Virus record (IMG/VR): IMGVR_UViG_2563366953_000003
Source: a virus
Lineage: Duplodnaviria > Heunggongvirae > Uroviricota > Caudoviricetes
DNA: 46,537 nt
Strand: one strand, 5' to 3'
Shown here: in pieces, positions 18,784 through 27,848 of the stretch
Numbering within the stretch: position 1 is the first letter of the stretch
Layout of the letters: the number at the start of each line of letters is the position of its first letter
The notes under the pieces: generated by a model
The model's database searches: none
The model's input: only the letters and a program-made list of their open reading frames with translations
What the model was told of the DNA's origin: nothing
Translations under genes and position numbers: made by a program

Positions 18784-20744
18784 TAGCTCCCTCCGAGCAT
18801 TCTCGCCATCTCCTCGAGAGACAGTTTGTTTTGTGATTTTTTCCGTTGCTCAGCGAGCGTCTCGAGATTGAGCTGGAAACGAATTTTACTGATACGCAGC
18901 GCTGCCAGCCCGTATACCCAGCAGTCGAGCGCCTCATTTCGCCGCCCCTGGTTGTCCCAGCGGTAAACGACGCGACCGTTAATGAGTTTCGGGATCAGAA
19001 CTTCAGAGACGAGCTGTTTTGCCTCTGTTGTGCCGAATATTTCGTCGTCGTTTGGAAAATGAATTGCACCCGGTGTCGCTGATTTTGGGTCTGGTTCCAG
19101 TGGCAGGCGCATCGCGAGCAAATCTTTTGCTGTGTCAGTACCGATTAACGACAAATAAACTTTATTCGCGTTACGTGTACGCGGCATATTTACGACTGGC
19201 TGGCCGTATGAGCTTGCGCCTTTAATTGGAATGACCCACAGCGGACCGAGTTTCAGCGAGCGGTTATAAACAACCTGCGCATCTATACCGCCGGTATCCC
19301 ACGCCCAGCGGCTGACGCCGATTGTGGTCCCGTCGCTGCGCCGGTATTGTTTGCGAATCACTCCGTCGACACGCTGCAGCGTGTCCTCTTCGTCGTAGCG
19401 ACCGAGGACGATTGTTTTATCAATCAGCCAGCACTCTTCCTCAGCTCCCCAGCCCCACACGTAACACTCGTAGCGCCCGGACGTCTGAGAGTCGATGCCG
19501 CCGGTTATATAAACAACACCGTCAGGAACCTGGCTGGCGTATTTTTCCCGGCGATTAACCAGAATATCGTGCTCCAGCTGCTCGCTGGCCACGTCGCTCC
19601 AAAGCTCGCCGAGCGTCGTGTTATGAAACGTTTTTTCTTTGAGTGGGTCGCCCTTCGCTTTCAGCCACTCGCTGACAATCTCGCCCCATCCATCAAGGTT
19701 TAGTGAATACAGGGCGTTTATCACGATCGCCGCGTGTTTCGGCGCGCGAACGACGCCACTGTCATGATCAAAAAAATGGATTCCGTCTCGGGTCCAGGTG
19801 CAGTCCTCGGCTATCCAGCGCCCCCCGAGCTCCATTTTTTCGAGATCGCGATAGTAAAAATGCTCCGGGCAGTGGCAGCACTGGTAATACGCGGACGACG
19901 ATTTCGACTCGTTGTTCTGCAGGCTGTCATCCCACTTGAGACCGTATTCGATACCGTCGAAACCAAATACCAGGACCTGCTCCTCGCCACAATGCGGACA
20001 CTTCAGGTAAAAACGAAACGTCAGATCAGCCGCGTCTTCCAACATTTCTATATGGCTTTTGCCAGTAACGGTCGGCGTCGAACCAAAAATCGCTTTCGGG
20101 TATGCTGCGCCCTTAATTCGAACGAGTGCCAGCTCAATTGGCGAGCCTTCGCCTTTACCTTTTTTAGCGACCTCCAGCGGCCAGCCGTCGACCTCGTCAC
20201 CTTCGACAACCTGTTTCGTCAGTCGACGAAAATTCCCCGGCGTACTCGCGCCGCGAAAATCAATAATTGCGCCGCTCATCTCTTTGCGCTGGAGATTGTT
20301 ACGCTCGTTGCTTTTATCCCAGTCTGGGAAAATTTTCTGAATCACCGGCATTTCGGCGATAGCGGGGTCAACCTCGTCGGCGACAAATCCATCCGATTCG
20401 TCATCGATAGGCTGATAGACCACGGCACTACGTTTTTTGTGCTCAGCGAAATAGAGCAGCGCCGCGACGAGTATTTTTGTATAACCGAGACGAGCTGATT
20501 TGCGAACAGACACGATTTTTATCGCGTCGTTAGTCATCATATTTAACATCACTACCTGGACCGGCTGAGTCGTCCAGTGGCCAGCAATATGGCTTGAGCC
20601 TTCGGGAAGATAAAAATGTTTATCAGCCCACTCAACCCCCGTCATCGGTATCGTCACGCGCAAGGGATTCAACCCTGTCGAGATCGCGTTCGATATCGCT
20701 GACATCGTAATCGCTGAAGTCGATTCGTATGTCTGCCAGTTCAT
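18783..20744 (-). CDS. A: Terminase large subunit (lambda gpA-like)
   Basis: 653 aa; VEWADKHFYLP, ACPHCGEEQ, NTTLGE, GIDSQ and EALDCWVYGLAALRIS match lambda gpA. True start may be the internal Met at about 20705; the 5' end overlaps the small subunit. Confidence 0.9.
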   Translation of the reverse strand: MNWQTYESTSAITMSAISNAISTGLNPLRVTIPMTGVEWADKHFYLPEGSSHIAGHWTTQPVQVVMLNMMTNDAIKIVSVRKSARLGYTKILVAALLYFAEHKKRSAVVYQPIDDESDGFVADEVDPAIAEMPVIQKIFPDWDKSNERNNLQRKEMSGAIIDFRGASTPGNFRRLTKQVVEGDEVDGWPLEVAKKGKGEGSPIELALVRIKGAAYPKAIFGSTPTVTGKSHIEMLEDAADLTFRFYLKCPHCGEEQVLVFGFDGIEYGLKWDDSLQNNESKSSSAYYQCCHCPEHFYYRDLEKMELGGRWIAEDCTWTRDGIHFFDHDSGVVRAPKHAAIVINALYSLNLDGWGEIVSEWLKAKGDPLKEKTFHNTTLGELWSDVASEQLEHDILVNRREKYASQVPDGVVYITGGIDSQTSGRYECYVWGWGAEEECWLIDKTIVLGRYDEEDTLQRVDGVIRKQYRRSDGTTIGVSRWAWDTGGIDAQVVYNRSLKLGPLWVIPIKGASSYGQPVVNMPRTRNANKVYLSLIGTDTAKDLLAMRLPLEPDPKSATPGAIHFPNDDEIFGTTEAKQLVSEVLIPKLINGRVVYRWDNQGRRNEALDCWVYGLAALRISKIRFQLNLETLAEQRKKSQNKLSLEEMARMLGGS

Positions 20745-21198
20745 TCAGGGCTATTGCCAGCTCCTCTCGTAATACACTGCTCGCCTCCTGCGGCATTTCC
20801 GGCCACACCTTTTTTAACCGTGGTGGCCACGATTCGACACGGGTACGTAATTCAACTGCGACGCGAGATACAGCTACGCTGATTAATTCAATTGGCGCGT
20901 AGCGTTTAGCAAGAATGCGGCGTTTCACGCGAGCCATCAGGATTCGCTCCTGCCGTTCCTCATTTTTCAACCACTGCTCGCGATTTTTTTCGGGAGAATT
21001 GTCCCCCGCTTCCGGTTCGTCATTACTAGTTGTGTCGCGTCTATTGCTCCGGAGATAACGAATATAAAAATGGCGCCATGCGTCAAGTTCCCAATCGCCA
21101 CGTCCTTGGGGGACTGGGGCTCCCGGAAGTTTTGCAAGATCGCGCAGACGACGATCAGATAGCAGTAAATGTGCTGCGACCTCAGCCTGACTTGCCAT
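20632..21198 (-). CDS. Terminase small subunit (lambda Nu1-like)
   Basis: 188 aa immediately upstream of and overlapping the large terminase; N-terminal pattern weakly resembles Nu1; acidic C-terminus. Confidence 0.65.
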   Translation of the reverse strand: MASQAEVAAHLLLSDRRLRDLAKLPGAPVPQGRGDWELDAWRHFYIRYLRSNRRDTTSNDEPEAGDNSPEKNREQWLKNEERQERILMARVKRRILAKRYAPIELISVAVSRVAVELRTRVESWPPRLKKVWPEMPQEASSVLREELAIALNELADIRIDFSDYDVSDIERDLDRVESLARDDTDDGG

Positions 21199-21294
21199 TA
21201 AAAATCCTCACCGGAACCGGAAATACCCAAAATGAAAAAATACTAAAAACGAGTGAGTTTTTGCGCGTCTACCGACCCTCGGTGTTTTGAATTT

Positions 21295-21335
21295 CGGAAA
21301 GGACCCGCGACCAGGGGGGCTATATCCCTTTCAGG
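21295..21335. other. Candidate cos site (cosN region)
   Basis: About 100 bp upstream of the Nu1-like start, the minus-strand reading ...CCCCCTGGTCGCGGGTCCTTTCCG... resembles lambda cos (GGGCGGCGACCTCGCGGGTTTTCG), sharing the CGCGGG core. The exact nick positions are not determinable here. Confidence 0.35.
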
Positions 21336-21569
21336 ACAGGAATCGGGGGCTCGCATCAGGTTCATCAAACTCGACTGTAGCCTCGCGGCGTACTTGTTTG
21401 CATACATCAGCTTTGTGTATCTCATTATCAGCGTAAGCTTTCACTTTGGCAGCGAGCCATCCTTTTGCGCTGTATCGATAGACTACCGAACAAAGTTTTC
21501 CCTATGTGTATATATCTTGAAATTATTGATATTCTTACAGAAAAGCAACAACCATGAGCACACAAAAAA

Positions 21570-21815
21570 ATGAACAAAGAAAAAATCGAAGCCTTAATGA
21601 GCGTAATATTAAAAGAAGCTGACCCCAAAAAATTTCCTGAGAAATTATCAGAGGACGCCATCGTATCTTTTTATCGTGCGAACTCCTCTTACCTACATTG
21701 TCCAACTTTAAGAGAATGGTTAAGCGGCGAAGCAGAGCCTTCAGATGAGATACTTGAGGAGATTATGATTCAGAACAACTGGCGCGCAACTAAATGGTCA
21801 AATCGGTTACCTTAA
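21570..21815 (+). CDS. Hypothetical protein (moron, opposite strand to the late operon)
   Basis: 81-aa ORF in an AT-rich stretch, preceded by an A-rich RBS region and followed by a stem-loop (gccgcc...ggcggc). Confidence 0.4.
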   Translation: MNKEKIEALMSVILKEADPKKFPEKLSEDAIVSFYRANSSYLHCPTLREWLSGEAEPSDEILEEIMIQNNWRATKWSNRLP

Positions 21816-22083
21816 CCTGTTGAATGTGTGCCGCCTTAAAACAAAAAGGCGGCCTCTCGTTTAAGTAAAGCGTCTCTTTCATCAGCCACCAGCTCTTTGG
21901 CACATTGCGCAGTTGTTTTTTATACGTCGGCGAGCTGTTGCGAAGCTCAGTCCCTGCGCGTCACACCATTCTTTCGGTGATACACATGATTTGACGTACT
22001 CGGACAGGAATCGCTTCTGAAGCTCAAGCCCAGTCCCGGTTAGCTCATGTAATTAAATCCTACTGTATTCTCATGGTGCCCAG

Positions 22084-22425
22084 ATGTCGTCTATGCTTTT
22101 AACTCGAACATTCAATGAAGAGAAATGCTCTATGGTTATTGGTATGCAGGAATCAAAAAATTGCCCTGTATGCGGCTCTGATGCAACGTGGACAAATCAC
22201 GATACGTGCTGGAAAATTCATTGCAGTGGTTTTTGCGGTGATTTTTTAATCACAAGCATTACGATAAATTATCTGAAGGGCGATGCACTAAGGCGTCTTG
22301 ATGCCAACGAGCTCTTAAGAGAGCCAACAACACTCAAGACGCCTTTAACAAACAGAATCCTTGCTGAATATGCTCGTACAAAACATCCCGAGCACATCTT
22401 TGAAGGTCACTATCCGGGCTACTAG
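22084..22425 (+). CDS. Hypothetical Cys-rich protein (possible zinc-ribbon); start probably internal
   Basis: 113-aa ORF with CPVCGS...CWKIHCSGFCG cysteine cluster; opposite orientation to the phage late genes. Confidence 0.35.
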   Translation: MSSMLLTRTFNEEKCSMVIGMQESKNCPVCGSDATWTNHDTCWKIHCSGFCGDFLITSITINYLKGDALRRLDANELLREPTTLKTPLTNRILAEYARTKHPEHIFEGHYPGY

Positions 22426-22458
22426 TCAGTACGTGTAACTTTCGAAATAGGAGAAATT

Positions 22459-22701
22459 TTAGATGGGTTGATAACTCATCTCGTCGATAGTCTGAGGAAT
22501 TAACTCACTCGCGCCATTTGCAACTGCAACGCGATAATGCGGTCCATTCCATCGACTAAAATCGGAGCGTTCATAAATTACTACCTCATCCCCCGCAGAA
22601 ACCCTTAACTCCGTGCTACCTACGGGTTCAATAGCGGAATTAGAATAAATGTCTTCAACACGACCGTGAAAAGGCCCACCAACGAACAAAAACTGTGACA
22701 T
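22459..22701 (-). CDS. Hypothetical protein
   Basis: 80-aa ORF between the lysis cassette and cos. Confidence 0.4.
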   Translation of the reverse strand: MSQFLFVGGPFHGRVEDIYSNSAIEPVGSTELRVSAGDEVVIYERSDFSRWNGPHYRVAVANGASELIPQTIDEMSYQPI

Positions 22702-22839
22702 ATAATTTCCTATTAAAAAATAACCAGTTAAATCGGCATTTAAAAATATGTCATATTTATGATTCTGTCTTTAGCACCTTTGTGTGGTCAGGTTGCCTGG
22801 GCCAAATGACCAATCATCAATTCATTAAGATAAATTACC

Positions 22840-23034
22840 CTATTTTCCAACGGGGCATGAAGCCACTGCCCCGGTTGAATCAATACAACCACCGTTCGCA
22901 GTAGTAATCTTCGTACCCGGCGCGATCGTCACGTGTTTAATGCTGCTGCCGTCAGCGCGAGTCGCTTCGGTGTATGTCGAATGTGTGCAGCCTGCCATCG
23001 TGAAGAACGCGACAGCTAAGAGAAGTTTTTTCAC
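22840..23034 (-). CDS. Small lipoprotein downstream of endolysin (possible spanin-related or moron lipoprotein)
   Basis: 64 aa with signal peptide and lipobox MAGC, 8 nt after the endolysin-like gene. Not Pro-rich like Rz1 and no C-terminal TM. Confidence 0.45.
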   Translation of the reverse strand: MKKLLLAVAFFTMAGCTHSTYTEATRADGSSIKHVTIAPGTKITTANGGCIDSTGAVASCPVGK

Positions 23035-23041
23035 GTTTTAC

Positions 23042-23521
23042 CTACGCTTCTGAGATAGATTTCTCAGCATTCACCAATGGAAGTGATTGTGGAACATCCG
23101 TTTGACCTGCTGGCCAGCGATAGCCTGTTACGCGGGAACGAGGAAAAGCTTTGATATTTACTTCATCTGCCTGGTTGCCCCCCAAAATCATTAAATCCCC
23201 GGCGGCATTTTTCCCGACAACAAAGCCGACGTGACCACCGCCAGACCGAGACAGAATAGCAATGCATCCATAGGCGGGTTCCTTCAGTTCATTACCCCAA
23301 TCGAGATAAGAATTCGCAGACTCAAAACGCGTTGAGCGAATACCCGCACGTTCCAGCATTGCCCCGGTGAAAGCAGCGCACCACGGTGTTTCGTCATCCT
23401 TAATGCCGCCGCGTTTGATATCTTTCCAGTACTGCACAATTTCTGCAGCATGTTGCTTCCCTTTCATTTCCCGAATGCCGAGGTTTTTTCGAGCCTCAAT
23501 TAGCCATTTAGGATCGGTCAT
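23042..23521 (-). CDS. Putative endolysin, CHAP/NlpC-P60-like peptidoglycan hydrolase
   Basis: 159 aa with conserved Cys (ETPWCAAF) and His (GGGHVGFVVG) consistent with a Cys-His peptidase dyad; directly follows two membrane-protein genes. Confidence 0.55.
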   Translation of the reverse strand: MTDPKWLIEARKNLGIREMKGKQHAAEIVQYWKDIKRGGIKDDETPWCAAFTGAMLERAGIRSTRFESANSYLDWGNELKEPAYGCIAILSRSGGGHVGFVVGKNAAGDLMILGGNQADEVNIKAFPRSRVTGYRWPAGQTDVPQSLPLVNAEKSISEA

Positions 23522-23793
23522 TACCTGTCTCCTGTTATTTTTGAAATATTCCCTCGTGCCCGCCAGACAGCAATACAGATGGTGAGGTTGAGAAAGAACT
23601 CTGCGGGATCAACCTGCGTATATTTCCCGTAAAAAATTCGTAGGGCTATCCACGCAGCAGACAGAATCGCCAGGTAAGCAGTTAGTGAGATGAAAAAACG
23701 ATAGCGGCCTGTTTTTTGAAAAAACATCAACCGCAGTGCCAGCATCAGACAGATAATTGCATTGGCATTGATGAGGACAGAGTGCAGGGTCAT
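23521..23793 (-). CDS. Small membrane protein (holin/antiholin-like)
   Basis: 90 aa with about three hydrophobic segments; start overlaps the upstream holin stop (TAATG). Confidence 0.45.
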   Translation of the reverse strand: MTLHSVLINANAIICLMLALRLMFFQKTGRYRFFISLTAYLAILSAAWIALRIFYGKYTQVDPAEFFLNLTICIAVWRARGNISKITGDR

Positions 23794-24176
23794 TATTTCA
23801 TCCCCTTATCTGATTTCCATAAACGAGCTTGTGACATGATCCGCAACAGTGATGTAACGCTGATTACTGATGCAACCAGTGCACCAATGGCGGGAGAGAC
23901 TTTTACTGTTACGGGAGGGTTCAGGTGACTCAGCACCGCGTTCAGAATACCGGTAATGATGGCTGATGCTGTCTCAGCGCAATACACACCGCCAACAAAC
24001 GAAATGAGTGCGAAAATAACCTGCTTCCAGAATCGATGCTGCCCGGACGACAACACGTAGAGAGCTGCACCAGCCAGCGCACAGATCATCACCGCAGGTG
24101 TTGCCTCAGGAAATAACGCAGCAAACGTCACCCCCGCCGAGCCAGCAGCAACGCCAGCGGTTAGAGGTTCAGACAT
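23793..24176 (-). CDS. Putative holin
   Basis: 127 aa from the internal ATG at 24176 (AGGAAA RBS), 3-4 hydrophobic helices; first gene after the late promoter/terminator signature. Confidence 0.5.
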   Translation of the reverse strand: MSEPLTAGVAAGSAGVTFAALFPEATPAVMICALAGAALYVLSSGQHRFWKQVIFALISFVGGVYCAETASAIITGILNAVLSHLNPPVTVKVSPAIGALVASVISVTSLLRIMSQARLWKSDKGMK

Positions 24177-24191
24177 GATTTTTCCTGATTC

Positions 24192-24222
24192 AGAAACGAC
24201 AAAACCCCGCCGTGGCGAGGTT
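24192..24222 (-). terminator. tR'-like intrinsic terminator downstream of the late promoter
   Basis: Minus-strand RNA CCUCGCCACGGCGGGG followed by UUUUGUCGUUU, about 16 nt before the holin RBS. Confidence 0.4.
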
Positions 24223-24279
24223 CTTAGAAATTTGGCAACATACCAAATTAGCGTTAAATATGGCCTATTTTGTTCGGTT

Positions 24280-24300
24280 TTGCAAGCATTATACGCAAAC
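24280..24300 (-). promoter_or_regulatory. Candidate late promoter (pR'-like) -10 element
   Basis: Minus-strand TTTGCGTATAATGC with a TATAAT hexamer overlapping the Q-like stop codon, about 70 nt upstream of the terminator hairpin. Confidence 0.35.
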
Positions 24301-24960
24301 GTCGTCCAAATGGTGCTGATAATGATGCAAAGTTGCAAGAAGTGCCATTTCATCAAGTGCTCTCACCGTCTCTTTCATTCCTACCCAGTGCGGGGAGTAT
24401 GTTTCGCACCAGGTGGAACGAGAAACAGACAACATTCCAGCTAGCGCAGATCCAGCCATCTCCTTAAAGTCCTCGCGTTTATTTGCTGCTGCGACCCCCT
24501 GCACAGACAACCACACCAGCGAAAGCAGGCGCTTGACTACTTTTCTCTGAGTTGACGCGGGGATGTTTGCTTTATAGCGATTCCAGACAGCCTCACAAAT
24601 GGCGGTTTGGTGCTTGAACGCAAGGTCACCACCGTAGCAATAGCGCAACCACGCCTGCTGGCTAACGTCGAGCGAGTTCACGGCGCGGCGCCACGATGAA
24701 TCAGCGAATTCAAAATCATTCATCGGCGGCGCGGGACGACGTCTGCTGAAACTTTCCAGGGCATAAACTGGCGTAACCAGAGCATCAACGGTCCGGTCCT
24801 CCAGCTGCACACGGTGAATATGTTTGCGTGGGTATGCGTTTTTGTCTGCTGGCGGGTGCTCACATAATGCTTCCAGTTGCCCCTTAGAACCGCCAGACAA
24901 ATCCCGCAATGCAGCGCGCAGTTTTATGCGGGTATATTCCAATAAATACTCGTTACTCAT
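24289..24960 (-). CDS. Putative late antiterminator (Q-like)
   Basis: 223-aa ORF directly upstream of the pR'/tR' signature and lysis genes. Not similar to lambda Q itself; the call is by position. Confidence 0.45.
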   Translation of the reverse strand: MSNEYLLEYTRIKLRAALRDLSGGSKGQLEALCEHPPADKNAYPRKHIHRVQLEDRTVDALVTPVYALESFSRRRPAPPMNDFEFADSSWRRAVNSLDVSQQAWLRYCYGGDLAFKHQTAICEAVWNRYKANIPASTQRKVVKRLLSLVWLSVQGVAAANKREDFKEMAGSALAGMLSVSRSTWCETYSPHWVGMKETVRALDEMALLATLHHYQHHLDDVCV

Positions 24961-25253
24961 CAGATAAACCCCTCATCGCGCCAGATGGCCAGCGTCCTGA
25001 AAACACCCTCAGCGTGCATCAACAACAATGAGTCGTACTCGTAATCCGTTTTTGTACGTCCGTCGATAGCATCGTGACACGCACTGCAGGCGATAGCGCC
25101 CTGCATATCGTGAGGTTTGATGGCTGTGCCGCACGTTCCGGCGAGACGATAATGAGCCAGTACGCTGGTTTCAGGATTGTGATTGCACACACCGGGGATA
25201 CGCACAGTACAAGCGCGACCGCGTGCAGCTTTTCTCAGGTCGATTTTCTTCAT
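24960..25253 (-). CDS. YbcO-like protein (DUF1364 family, Cys-rich putative nuclease of the nin region)
   Basis: 97 aa; RKAARGRACTVRIPGVCNHNPETSVLAH...IACSACHDAIDGRT matches my recollection of E. coli DLP12 YbcO. Confidence 0.55.
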   Translation of the reverse strand: MKKIDLRKAARGRACTVRIPGVCNHNPETSVLAHYRLAGTCGTAIKPHDMQGAIACSACHDAIDGRTKTDYEYDSLLLMHAEGVFRTLAIWRDEGFI

Positions 25254-25846
25254 GATGTGTAATCCAGCAGCTGCGCGGCAGCATTTTCAGCGGCCTCCTG
25301 AGAGGCAAACGTGCGGAACAAAATATAATTCCACAGCACATCTAAAACGGCTGAATACAGTTGACCGAACTCAAGATCGTCCATCGCAGCAAACGAGATT
25401 GAACGAGGTACACGCATCAAACTACCATCTGGCATCTGATGAACGTCATAAAATCCAGCTTCCATAGTCGCCCAGGCGCGAAACGCCTCGAACGACTTCA
25501 CCGCACTGATATTCCCCGCGCGCTTTTCCGACTCATCGAGAAGATACTGATCAGCCAGCTCAGCCATGACATCACCATGCCCACCGTAATACGCCAGTAA
25601 CTTAACGTATCCGTGAACCAGTTCGCGCTCCGCAGGAGAAATAGCCCCTCCGGAGGGATGCCAGTAATCAAAGCCCAGGTTGAGAAGTAAGAAAAATTTA
25701 CGATGAAACGCGGGATTACGCGCCTGTTTGAAATCTGCATACACAACAGCACCTGGTTTGACTCGTTCAGTCAACCAGCGTTGCGTGTCTGGTGTCGCGG
25801 GTATTAGCGAACCGCCGGATACCCTGATAAATGAATGCTGCGCCAT
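25250..25846 (-). CDS. nin-region hypothetical protein
   Basis: 198-aa ORF overlapping the YbcO-like start; family not resolved. Confidence 0.4.
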   Translation of the reverse strand: MAQHSFIRVSGGSLIPATPDTQRWLTERVKPGAVVYADFKQARNPAFHRKFFLLLNLGFDYWHPSGGAISPAERELVHGYVKLLAYYGGHGDVMAELADQYLLDESEKRAGNISAVKSFEAFRAWATMEAGFYDVHQMPDGSLMRVPRSISFAAMDDLEFGQLYSAVLDVLWNYILFRTFASQEAAENAAAQLLDYTS

Positions 25847-25922
25847 GGTTAACTCCAGGTGGCGCGGCAGTGTTCAGAAGTGGTGCTGGGTGTTCAATCC
25901 AGCACCAGTATTATACCGTGTT

Positions 25923-26141
25923 TTACGCTTCAGGGGGTGTAATAGTATATCCAGCTATTTCTGCCAACTCGAGAAACGCCATCAGGCTGGCAATCCGCTC
26001 GTCGTCGCTGAGAACGCGCATACTCACTACGCGCCCTTCTTCTCGTTTGATTACAGCCCGGCACGTATCCGGTAATTTGCTGATTGCCTTGTGTGTGTTC
26101 ATATTTCCCCCTGACAGAAATCCTGTGTATTTATACAGCAT
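25923..26141 (-). CDS. Small hypothetical protein (start uncertain)
   Basis: 72-aa ORF; internal Met (MNTHK...) possible. Confidence 0.3.
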   Translation of the reverse strand: MLYKYTGFLSGGNMNTHKAISKLPDTCRAVIKREEGRVVSMRVLSDDERIASLMAFLELAEIAGYTITPPEA

Positions 26142-26251
26142 TCGTGACCATTTGTCATAACGTCAAATACAATGGGGGAATAATGAACAATTACATTCAC
26201 CTCGTGAATTTGATTAAACGGTTTATTCCCGGAAAAAACGGTTTATGGTTA

Positions 26252-26884
26252 TTATTTTTCATTTCCATAAACATGGGTTAACCATTTTCTAATAGTTGAC
26301 TCCGCCGGAACGTCAGCATATTTTTTTACGAGAATTTCGTTAATACGTGCCACCGCCGCACTAACCCGTGCGTGGGGGTTATTTGTGAAAAAAACCTCTG
26401 CAATCTGTAATGCCTCGTCTTTTAGCCTGTGCTGTGGCCTCCCTCCGCCCTTTGTTCCCAGATAACGCGCCAGTTGTTTGAACCGGTACGCCACGATTAG
26501 TGGCCGCATCATCATATTGAAAAAATCACGTGCATCGTCGTCCTCTCCTCGCGCTATCAACAGCGCAAAAAACAGGTACGGTATTGTGTATACGTCAGGG
26601 GAAATCATTACGCGCCTGCACACAGTCGGCGCCAGTGCGATCAGTGTGTCTGCCAGCGCGTCGCCCTCTCCTCCACGTTTGTAATACCGGTAGAGTGGTC
26701 CTAAGTCGAGTTCACTGGTATTGAATCCAGTCACAGCCTCACGAACCTCGTCTGCCAGCGCGTTGTAAATCGCCCCTGTACGTTTTGTGTAGAGTCTCCG
26801 GGTTGCCCCTCTGTTATCCAGCGCTCGCAACATGTCCAGTCGGGTGACAAACGTTTCAGGCCAGTCCTCATAGAATGATCTCAT
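26252..26884 (-). CDS. Hypothetical protein
   Basis: About 210 aa from the internal ATG at 26884; no recognisable motifs. Confidence 0.4.
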   Translation of the reverse strand: MRSFYEDWPETFVTRLDMLRALDNRGATRRLYTKRTGAIYNALADEVREAVTGFNTSELDLGPLYRYYKRGGEGDALADTLIALAPTVCRRVMISPDVYTIPYLFFALLIARGEDDDARDFFNMMMRPLIVAYRFKQLARYLGTKGGGRPQHRLKDEALQIAEVFFTNNPHARVSAAVARINEILVKKYADVPAESTIRKWLTHVYGNEK

Positions 26885-27002
26885 ATCCACCTCGAATAAT
26901 AAAAACAGCACTATTTGCACAATTTATTATTCGTTGTCACATCGCAGGGTTCTATAAAAAAGAAAACCCGCCGAAGCGGGTTAGTTATTCATTTGCACCA
27001 GG

Positions 27003-27281
27003 TTATGAGGCCATACCGTAGGCTTTTTTATGCATCCCATGGTCATAGCCCATATTATATGCTTCAAAAGCATCTTTATGACGGACATGCCCAGCCTGGC
27101 TTTCGGGTAAATCACCTAAAACAGAGTCATCAACCGCACGCGGAACGCCGATTAATGCATGCCACATACCTTTATCATAGGCACATCCACAACACTTGTG
27201 CCGCCCAACGTTACCCTGATTTGCAGAAAGAACATCAAACATACTGTCGTGACGATGTGACTTTTTACAGATGTGTTTCAT
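27003..27281 (-). CDS. Hypothetical Cys/His-rich small protein
   Basis: 92 aa with CCGC and multiple His; followed by a strong stem-loop region. Confidence 0.35.
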   Translation of the reverse strand: MKHICKKSHRHDSMFDVLSANQGNVGRHKCCGCAYDKGMWHALIGVPRAVDDSVLGDLPESQAGHVRHKDAFEAYNMGYDHGMHKKAYGMAS

Positions 27282-27388
27282 TCATTGACCTATATCATTT
27301 TCGGTAATGAATGCTTTACACGGGATCCCGGTTGAGGTAATCTCCCAAACCGAGATCTCAACGAAAGCATTAACCGATGTTTTTGTAT

Positions 27389-27424
27389 GGCCCTGACAGC
27401 TCCAACTGTCAGGGCTTTCCCTTT
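27389..27424 (+). terminator. Strong GC-rich hairpin with T-tract (intrinsic-terminator-like on + strand)
   Basis: GCCCTGACAG-CTCCAA-CTGTCAGGGC followed by TTTCCCTTT. Confidence 0.4.
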
Positions 27425-27848
27425 GATGCGATTCTAAAATCTTCGCAACCTCCAGATCCTATCCAGGACCAAGAAAAACTTCAATGAAAAGATCAAGTTA
27501 GATCTGTATTTTTTTACAGATGTAATAAATCACACATGTAATAGCCTTCCCTTTCCGTTCTCATCTGGCCTCTTGTGGCATCCATTTTTTTAAGAAACAT
27601 ATGGACGCCTAAAAAACCACTAATGTCATGATTATCATGTATGTTTTTACTGGAAACATTGAGCCATCCACAATGCAGCGTAAAAAGCAAGCAATTCACA
27701 AGATTTTAAAGTGATTTATCTGGAAGACTTTACTACTAACAGTTAATATCGTACCAGAAGTGCAGAATTTGCACTTTCACAGGAAAGTGGTACGGAACAT
27801 GTTGTCTATATTTCGACCAACAATCGTAATGCAGTAACTGGAGGAGCT

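Noticed and set aside
19734-20498. 254-aa plus-strand ORF, plus similar antisense ORFs at 17756-18271, 15828-16238 and 1749-2030
   Set aside because: All lie wholly inside strongly supported minus-strand structural genes (terminase, portal, protease, tail protein) and are typical GC-rich antisense ORFs.
22840-23034. 64-aa lipoprotein as an Rz1-type o-spanin or Bor homologue
   Set aside because: Not proline-rich, not embedded in an Rz-like gene, and shows no similarity to Bor as recalled; kept as a generic lipoprotein.
26915-27307. 130-aa plus-strand His-rich ORF
   Set aside because: Antisense to the 92-aa minus-strand ORF (27003-27281), which fits the local operon orientation better. Neither is strongly supported, so only the minus-strand one is reported.
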